Below, one piece after another: positions 1 to 6,008 of a stretch of 32,860 bases of DNA (within the stretch, counting starts at the first letter, position 1; each line of letters begins with the position of its first letter). The translations under genes were made by a program, and so were the position numbers. This stretch comes from Candidatus Caldarchaeum sp. (GTDB lineage Archaea > Thermoproteota > Nitrososphaeria_A > Caldarchaeales > Caldarchaeaceae): the NCBI GenBank assembly GCA_038844785.1, contig JAWBRA010000017.1:1-32860 (forward strand), given 5' to 3'. The notes under the pieces were generated by a model, which saw only the letters and a list, made by a program, of their open reading frames with translations, had not been told where the DNA came from and did not search any database.

Positions 1-2
1 CG

Positions 3-239
3 TACGCCGACTTCAGTAAGGGAATCACGAAGCTAAAAAACTATTTTGGACCCTTCAAAGTAGATGGAAGGAAAAAGGGTAAGAGGAAGATATTCAGCGG
101 GGAAGCTCGTAAAGCCTTAGAGATGCTTACGATGGCTTTAAAAGGAACTGCGATGATAACAGCCAAAAACCAACTACAAACAATCGAGAAAATCAGAGAG
201 ACGTTGTCAGGAGAGAGGCTGGAGGTCATACCGGCTTAG
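3..239 (+). CDS. 3' end of a probable IS110-family/Nop-domain-like transposase (truncated by the window edge)
   Basis: Not in the ORF track. Open frame from 3 to TAG 237-239: YADFSKGITKLKNYFGPFKVDGRKKGKRKIFSGEARKALEMLTMALKGTAMITAKNQLQTIEKIRETLSGERLEVIPA. The DF...L..Y.G...basic loop...R.AL spacing resembles the IS110 C-terminal domain. A structured non-coding end follows. Confidence 0.5.
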   Translation, partial: YADFSKGITKLKNYFGPFKVDGRKKGKRKIFSGEARKALEMLTMALKGTAMITAKNQLQTIEKIRETLSGERLEVIPA

Positions 240-382
240 ACAGCAAAGAAAAACCCCAAGCCGGTATGACAAATTTTTTAACATGTATGGGTGTAAAACC
301 CGTACATGACACCTAGTTTAACATACCGGCCTCTCTCTTACAGGGGTTCTCAGGTGCTGTCTTGTTGGGATGGCCTCCAGCC
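217..382 (+). ncRNA. Long rod-like structured RNA with a symmetric guide-like internal loop (candidate bridge/seek/tigRNA-like RNA)
   Basis: Nested helices 217-229/370-382, 238-245/355-362, 252-257/343-348, 260-268/322-330 and 282-292/298-308. Non-WC positions are G-U on the + strand. The 13x13 internal loop (269-281/309-321) carries ATGAC-N9-AACAT twice. Confidence 0.65.
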
Positions 383-393
383 AAACCCTCCCC

Positions 394-411
394 TTATTTT
401 TTCCTTCTTTT
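394..411 (+). terminator. Archaeal-type oligo-T terminator after the structured RNA
   Basis: TTATTTTTTCCTTCTTTT lies 12 nt after the base of the long hairpin. Confidence 0.45.
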
Positions 412-479
412 GGTTTCTGTGTTAACCGTGTTTTATTTAGGCATATTCTTTACGATGTTTTTTGGATAGCGTCAGCAGC

Positions 480-487
480 TTTTTAAC
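480..487 (+). promoter_or_regulatory. TATA-like box upstream of the C/D-box-like sRNA; also the candidate element junction/target site
   Basis: TTTTTAAC lies about 25 nt upstream of the C box at 512. Confidence 0.4.
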
Positions 488-506
488 TAGGTTATCTATT
501 GGTTGT

Positions 507-566
507 ACGGGATGATGACGAACGTCCATCTTGAGCTGTGATAGGCGATGGGCAGTCTGACCAACC
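507..566 (+). ncRNA. Box C/D sRNA-like gene
   Basis: C box ATGATGA 512-518, 12-nt guide 519-530, D' TTGA 531-534, degenerate C' GTGATAG 538-544, 12-nt guide 545-556, D box CTGA 557-560. Flanks GGTTG 501-505 and CAACC 562-566 are complementary. Ends are approximate. Confidence 0.7.
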
Positions 567-1660
567 TACGCTAAAGATGTGTCCAACAAAGTGACGTCTG
601 TCGACCCGTCCTCAGAATATGTTGCGAAGACACGGTCGGGGTAGAGAAGCGAGAGGTATGAGAATGCGCGTGCGGCTGAGGAGGGAGATGACCTAAAACC
701 ATCTTCGACAAGCTTGTAAGCCGCGGCGAGGCAGAGGACGTCAAGCCTAACCCTACCCAGAACCCTGTTGAGGACCCTGTACACCTCAGTCAACGTCTGG
801 GCTTCAACATTCTGCGTAGGGTGTTTGAGAGAAAGCACGGATGGCGCGAGATAGTTGAACAACGCTTGCTCAAGCTTGTCACGCGGCTTCTCCAGCACAA
901 CCTCCAAATCACGAGAAAGCTTCAAAACCTCAAGCGCTGCGGCGTATCTCCCCCTTTGCGCTCTCTCCAAAAAACCTAGGTCGATAAGCCATTCCAGCCT
1001 AGGTGGGACAGCATGACGGTACTTGGCATACTGCCGGCTACGTATCCAGTCAGCTTTCGAACGGTATGTCAAACGTGTTTCCCTAAACTTCAAGGCTTCC
1101 TGAAGCTCTGCGTTGATGGACTGCCGCATCTTATCCGATGGGTTTTTCAAGGCACGTTTCAGAGCCTCTGGGTAGATCTCCTCCATGACTGTTTCCATGG
1201 CTTGTTGGCGGGAGAACACACGGGTTTTTAAAACCCAGCGGACAATCTGGCCTGTCATGAGGAAATCTTTGATCAACAATGTTTGGGTGAACAGAAGCTT
1301 CTCCACGCTGTTGAGAAGGAGGGCGGAGGACAGTTTTGCAGTGCTTTCCCCAGCTACGTGACGTTTCAGAGTGTATGACGAGCTTAAGCATGTGTAGACC
1401 GCGCCAAACTCGCCCACCTTCCCCGTTCTTCTGTCGTAGAAGCCGAGCTGGGAAGCCAGTTTCACATAGTTGCGGGCGTTAACCTCATTCCTCAGCAGCC
1501 CGGGCATCCTGTCTCCTACATCGTCTTCCATAGACCGGCATGTCTCCAGCAGAACTGATGCGAGATAGTCGGGAGACCTTGCTGCACCGTCTTCAAGTAT
1601 GCAGGCTACAAGCTTGAGGTAGCCAAGCCTGCAGGCGTCGCCGTGCAGTTCAAAGATCAT
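566..1660 (-). CDS. Hypothetical 364-aa helical protein with winged-helix-like segments, coupled to the methyltransferase
   Basis: Long ORF starting 1 nt after the MTase stop. wHTH-like segments NYVKLASQLGFYD and PRLEWLIDLGFLER..RGRY. No catalytic motif recognised. Confidence 0.75.
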   Translation of the reverse strand: MIFELHGDACRLGYLKLVACILEDGAARSPDYLASVLLETCRSMEDDVGDRMPGLLRNEVNARNYVKLASQLGFYDRRTGKVGEFGAVYTCLSSSYTLKRHVAGESTAKLSSALLLNSVEKLLFTQTLLIKDFLMTGQIVRWVLKTRVFSRQQAMETVMEEIYPEALKRALKNPSDKMRQSINAELQEALKFRETRLTYRSKADWIRSRQYAKYRHAVPPRLEWLIDLGFLERAQRGRYAAALEVLKLSRDLEVVLEKPRDKLEQALFNYLAPSVLSLKHPTQNVEAQTLTEVYRVLNRVLGRVRLDVLCLAAAYKLVEDGFRSSPSSAARAFSYLSLLYPDRVFATYSEDGSTDVTLLDTSLA

Positions 1661-1661
1661 C

Positions 1662-2834
1662 CTACACCAGCCTCCCCCAAGCTAAGAACCTATCCCTAAC
1701 GTCGGGCTCGCCCTTGCTAAGCACCAGAATTCTTTCCTTTCCCACGCCCTGCCCCCTCTTAAGATACATCAGATACTTGCGACCCTTTCTAATCCCGTCG
1801 CTGATGACGGTTTTGGCTGTGAACCCTGCTTTCTCAGCGGGGTTGACTAAAAGCTCAGCCATGTCTACAACACGTCCGCCAAGCCGTACCTCGCCGACAA
1901 CCAAAACACAGAACCTATCATCTTTGAGCAGGCGATACATTTCGCTCAAGGCCTTTTCCATGAACCTGACGTATTTCTCCACAGATTGTGTTCCGAAAAG
2001 CTTTCTCCCAACTTCACGGTAGTCGTGTCCGAGAAACCATAGCCTAAGCCAGTTATCCCAAGCGTATGTCTGGATGTTAAAGTATGGTGGGGAGGTGACG
2101 ATGAGGTCGACGGATTCGTCCGCTAACGGAAGCTTTAGCGCGTCTGTGTTGAAGCAAGCACCTTTCACAGGCGGAAGACCATCCGCCAAAACCATCTCAG
2201 CCTTCCGAAGCAGGCATGCGAGAACGTTTCTGACCGGTTTCTTCAACCTGTGATGTTGAGCATATCGTCTAATGTAGCCCGGAGCCATGGAGAAAGAATG
2301 GCTGCATGGGAGGCTCAGGCTTATCTCAGAAGACCCATGTAAAATTCCCAGCATCAACGCTTTGACAAAGTTTGAGACATCGTCTTCAGCCTGCAGAAGC
2401 AGCTCCCGTACAGCTAGGATTTGCTTGAGGGTTTGGGGGTGGAAGAAGACTCGAACGTCTTCGTCAACGTCGTAGGTTGAAACGGTGTCAGGCCTCATCA
2501 GCTTAGAGGCTTCCTCAACCCAGCGTCTAACTTCTCTGAGCGTGGCAGGGTTCACCTTAGCGCGCGTCACAACATAGGCTTCCGGAGCCAGGTCGTTTCC
2601 AACCCCAACACGTCCAGCCAAACATGCCTCGAGGGGTGCTGTCCCCTTCCCTGAAAACGGGTCCAGCACGATCTGACCCCTGTCGGAAAACTTTTCAACA
2701 ACCCATCTCGCCAGAGCGGGTGGGAAAGATCCTGTCCTCGACATTATGCGGTGGAGCGATGAGCCCCAGTTCTTTCCAGCAAGCTTCCATGAATCGGCAA
2801 TCTCGCTGCTTAGGACGTATGTGACCTCCCTCAT
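1662..2834 (-). CDS. Amino DNA methyltransferase, probably N4-cytosine
   Basis: SAM-binding motif I VLDPFSGKGT near the N-terminus. Catalytic motif IV LIVTSPPY; SPPY is typical of m4C MTases. Confidence 0.9.
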   Translation of the reverse strand: MREVTYVLSSEIADSWKLAGKNWGSSLHRIMSRTGSFPPALARWVVEKFSDRGQIVLDPFSGKGTAPLEACLAGRVGVGNDLAPEAYVVTRAKVNPATLREVRRWVEEASKLMRPDTVSTYDVDEDVRVFFHPQTLKQILAVRELLLQAEDDVSNFVKALMLGILHGSSEISLSLPCSHSFSMAPGYIRRYAQHHRLKKPVRNVLACLLRKAEMVLADGLPPVKGACFNTDALKLPLADESVDLIVTSPPYFNIQTYAWDNWLRLWFLGHDYREVGRKLFGTQSVEKYVRFMEKALSEMYRLLKDDRFCVLVVGEVRLGGRVVDMAELLVNPAEKAGFTAKTVISDGIRKGRKYLMYLKRGQGVGKERILVLSKGEPDVRDRFLAWGRLV

Positions 2835-3041
2835 CGGAAAACTGCGGCATGCCCATGCCTCGCTTTATCCGTTGTCTCTCACAGGCTGCATGCTATTCCC
2901 TCATTATCCTCAAAGGCAGCACCGACGTAATTCATCGGTATTATCTGTATGGTTGAGGGGTTTTTGCGAGGATTTGGATGCGGCTGTCCGAGAAAACAGT
3001 TAACTAAAATATGTCCTCTTACATTGTTTTAGAACGCCGGT

Positions 3042-3620
3042 GTGGCTGGCGTGGAGGCCACTGTCCTAAAGTATGACGGCCGGCCCTACTACGACTTGGT
3101 GATTAGAAATTTTCATAGACGGCTTCCGCTCATCCAAGTCTCGCCCGACACATGGATAGCATACTTCGACAGCTTAGGCGACCGAGAGTTCATAGAGCAT
3201 TGTGCGAGAATTCTCGCAGAGAACCTGGCAGACTGCGAGGTTCTCGTCACGTCTGAGAGCAAGGGCATACCACTCGTCCATGAAATAGCATCAATCCTCA
3301 AACATCCACGCTACATCGTCTGCAGGAAGGAGAGGAAAGCTTTCATGAAAGACCCCATAGCCGTCAAGTATAAGCCGATAACTTCGTCGAAAGAGCTTGA
3401 GCTCGTCATAGACGGAAGATACGTCACCTACATCAAAGGCAAGCGAGTAGGTATCGTCGACGACATAGTCAGCACAAAAAACACCATGGAAGCCATGGAA
3501 AAAATCGTCCAAATGGCTGGAGGTATAGTAACTAAAAAAGCAACCGTTCTAGTCGAAGGCGAACACCACAAAGACGTTATATATTTAGGTGTTCTACCCA
3601 TATTCAAATCAACATTATAA
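3042..3620 (+). CDS. Type I phosphoribosyltransferase (adenine/purine PRTase-like)
   Basis: ESKGIPL, CRK and the PRPP-binding loop VGIVDDIVST. Confidence 0.85.
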   Translation: MAGVEATVLKYDGRPYYDLVIRNFHRRLPLIQVSPDTWIAYFDSLGDREFIEHCARILAENLADCEVLVTSESKGIPLVHEIASILKHPRYIVCRKERKAFMKDPIAVKYKPITSSKELELVIDGRYVTYIKGKRVGIVDDIVSTKNTMEAMEKIVQMAGGIVTKKATVLVEGEHHKDVIYLGVLPIFKSTL

Positions 3621-3621
3621 A
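3615..3621 (+). promoter_or_regulatory. TATA box for tRNA-Gln, overlapping the PRTase stop codon
   Basis: TTATAAA lies 25-31 nt upstream of the tRNA 5' end at 3646. Confidence 0.5.
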
Positions 3622-3645
3622 CAACCGTTTACAAAAATAGATTGC

Positions 3646-3765
3646 AGCCCGGTCGTCTAGTGGCCAAACCCTCCACCCCAGCAGCGGGGTCAGGGATCTC
3701 GGGCTCTGGATCACGCCGGGGTGAGGGGATCCCCGAGGACGCCGGTTCGAATCCGGCCCGGGCTA
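3646..3765 (+). tRNA. tRNA-Gln(CTG) with two introns (D-loop 21/22 and canonical 37/38)
   Basis: Acceptor AGCCCGG/CCGGGCT-A, T arm GCCGG-TTCGAAT-CCGGC, anticodon stem TCGGG/CCCGA, anticodon CTG 3706-3708. Intron 3668-3693 has helix GGCC/GGTC (relaxed BHB). Intron 3710-3730 has BHB CTCT/GGGG with inner stem TCAC/GTGA. CCA is not encoded. Confidence 0.92.
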
Positions 3766-3872
3766 TTTTTCCGTTTGTCGGCTAGCCTGTGGCTTGGTTT
3801 TGGCGACAACACGCTGACATAAATTTGAAGGGGTAAGGCTTTAAATCGTCATGCAAGCATTAAGTAGGTGTT

Positions 3873-4715
3873 ATGAGTTGGGGTCGTCTTCCCACGGAGC
3901 CGAAAATAGAGGGCGAGGTTGTGCCGGAGAGACGTGCTGTCAAGCTTGGCAGAAGGTTTGAAGGCCTTAACTGCATGGTTACCGGTGCAGGCAGGGGTTT
4001 TGGAAGGCTGATTGCCTTGGCTTTCGCCCGCGAGGGCGGCAACGTAGTAGTCCACTACAACACTTCTGCTGAGAGCGCGCTCCAGACCGCTAAAGAGATT
4101 GAGGCGATGGGTGTGAGGGCTTTCACGGTAAAGGCTGACGTAACGAAATGGGATGAGGTCAAGCAGGCTGTGGACAAGGTTTGGCGCGAGTTCGGGCCTA
4201 TAGACGTGTTAGTCAACAACGTCGGCGACACCGCTCCAGGCCAGATGTCTTGGCGTGAGATAACGGAGGAGAGGATAGACAGGGTTCTGGCCGTGGATAT
4301 CAAGGGGACTCTCTTCATGACGCATGAGGTTGGGTTGAGGATGCTTGAGAGGAAGAAAGGCTCCATCGTTAACATCTGCTCCAACGTAATCACAACAGGA
4401 AGCCCAAGAGCCCCGCAGTACGCAGCCTCAAAATACGGCGTCCTAGGGCTGACCAAATCATACGCCCAAGCCTTCGCTCCATGGGTCAGGGTAAACGCGG
4501 CAGCCCCCGGATACATGGAGACAGAATCCCTCCTCAGAAGACCTGACTGGACGCCGGAGAGAAGGAAATGGATAGTAGAGCACACTCCTCTCCGAAGGAT
4601 TGGAAAGCCTGAGGACATCGTGCCGGTTGTCCTATTCCTAGCCTCCGACGACGCTATCCACATGACAGGCAACGTCGTTATCTGTGACGGCGGTTTCAGC
4701 ATGCCGGGTGCTTGA
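3873..4715 (+). CDS. Short-chain dehydrogenase/reductase (FabG-like)
   Basis: TGAGRGFG, NNVG, YAASK and RVNAAAPG motifs. Confidence 0.92.
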   Translation: MSWGRLPTEPKIEGEVVPERRAVKLGRRFEGLNCMVTGAGRGFGRLIALAFAREGGNVVVHYNTSAESALQTAKEIEAMGVRAFTVKADVTKWDEVKQAVDKVWREFGPIDVLVNNVGDTAPGQMSWREITEERIDRVLAVDIKGTLFMTHEVGLRMLERKKGSIVNICSNVITTGSPRAPQYAASKYGVLGLTKSYAQAFAPWVRVNAAAPGYMETESLLRRPDWTPERRKWIVEHTPLRRIGKPEDIVPVVLFLASDDAIHMTGNVVICDGGFSMPGA

Positions 4716-6008
4716 ATGACCGCGACGATAAAAGACGTACTGGCTAGGGTGGACGTAGAAAAAACCATCAAGAGGACGCTAGACCTCGCAAACGTCGAAA
4801 GCCCTACAGGGTTTGAAGGCGAGTGCGCCGAGCTTTACGCTAGGATGATGGAGGAGGTTGGGATGCGTGTCAAGCTGCAGGAAGTCGAGCAGGGAAGGTA
4901 CAACGCCGTCGGCATACTGCCGGGGAAGGGCGGCGGCCCGTCGCTGATGTTCAACGGACATCTCGACACGTCTTTCTCGCCGCGGGAGCCTCCTGAGATA
5001 CTCAGAGCCATATCTCCCGTCTACAGGCTTGAGCCTCCTTGGGCTTACCGTGAAGGCGAATGGCTTTACGGCATGGGTGTCTTCAACATGAAAGGAGCCT
5101 TGGCAGCATACATTTCAGCCGTCGAGGCTTTGCAAAACGCCGGCGTAGAGCTCAAAGGCGACATAATGATAGCAGGCGTTGTAGGCGAGATTGAAAAGAC
5201 TCAGGTCGACCAGTACAAAGGCGTCCAGTACAGGGGCTATGGGACAGGAACCGCGTATCTTGTAACACATGGAGGAGTGACGGATTTTGCTGTGCTCGGA
5301 GAGCCGACTGGGTTGAGGCTGATGCTGACCCATTTCGGCTCTGTCTGGGCAAAAATATATCTGAAAGGCCAGATGGTCCACACAGCTCACTCGGCAGGCT
5401 TGACCAACCTAATCCTCCAGATGAACCGCGTCCTCAACGTTTTAGAGGAATGGATACCAGCATATCAGGAGAGGTTTAGCTTCAACGGAGTAAAACCCAC
5501 GGTCAACATAGGCTCGATAGAGGGGGGCTGGCCGTGGAGATGCTCTAGGACGCCGTGGTTCTGCAACCTTTACGTAGACCTGAGGTATCCGCCTCCCTAC
5601 TCTGCTGTGGACGTTAAAGAGGCTTTGGAGGAGATGCTTGACATCGTCCAACAGCGTTACGGCTTCAGACCCAACCTCGACATCTACGTCAGCGATGCAT
5701 GGGCCCATGTCCCCGAGGACGCGGCTGTCGTCAAATCGATAGACAACGCTCATCGAACGGTTTTCGGAGCTCCAGCTGAGAGGGTTGTGTTCTCATGGTC
5801 TTCTGACGCAAACGTGCTGACCCGAAACGGTGTTGTAGCCGTCAACTACGGTCCATCGGGAGGTCCGGGAAAGGAGATGCGTGGAACGCTCTACATCCCA
5901 AACCTGATAGCCTGCACGAAGGTCTACAGCATAGCAGCCATGGACTTGTGCAGCCAAGACAGAAAGAAAGTTAAACGAGAGTTCACGATCAAATACGGTG
6001 GTCTGTGA
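4716..6008 (+). CDS. M20-family (ArgE/DapE-like) amidohydrolase with atypical metal ligands
   Basis: MFNGHLDT, LYGMGVFNMKG, GEPT, SDAN and NYGP motifs. Abuts the SDR stop. Confidence 0.85.
   Translation: MTATIKDVLARVDVEKTIKRTLDLANVESPTGFEGECAELYARMMEEVGMRVKLQEVEQGRYNAVGILPGKGGGPSLMFNGHLDTSFSPREPPEILRAISPVYRLEPPWAYREGEWLYGMGVFNMKGALAAYISAVEALQNAGVELKGDIMIAGVVGEIEKTQVDQYKGVQYRGYGTGTAYLVTHGGVTDFAVLGEPTGLRLMLTHFGSVWAKIYLKGQMVHTAHSAGLTNLILQMNRVLNVLEEWIPAYQERFSFNGVKPTVNIGSIEGGWPWRCSRTPWFCNLYVDLRYPPPYSAVDVKEALEEMLDIVQQRYGFRPNLDIYVSDAWAHVPEDAAVVKSIDNAHRTVFGAPAERVVFSWSSDANVLTRNGVVAVNYGPSGGPGKEMRGTLYIPNLIACTKVYSIAAMDLCSQDRKKVKREFTIKYGGL

Noticed and set aside
41-229. 62-aa minus-strand ORF
   Set aside because: Shadow of the + strand frame 3-239, which is open from the window edge and more protein-like.
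225-330. Repeated CATACCGGC and ATGAC..AACAT as a CRISPR or multi-unit TIGR array
   Set aside because: Only two copies of each, explained by hairpin arms and a single loop; no periodic array.
2835-3041. ORF 2746-3003 and a possible sRNA in the MTase-PRTase spacer
   Set aside because: No protein motif, only a short CCGA/TCGG hairpin, and no convincing C and D boxes.
566-3765. tRNA-anchored integrated element carrying the MTase
   Set aside because: No integrase and no duplicated tRNA end (att site) seen in the window.
4055-4771. 238-aa antisense ORF
   Set aside because: Antisense shadow of the SDR gene; such open frames are common opposite SDRs.
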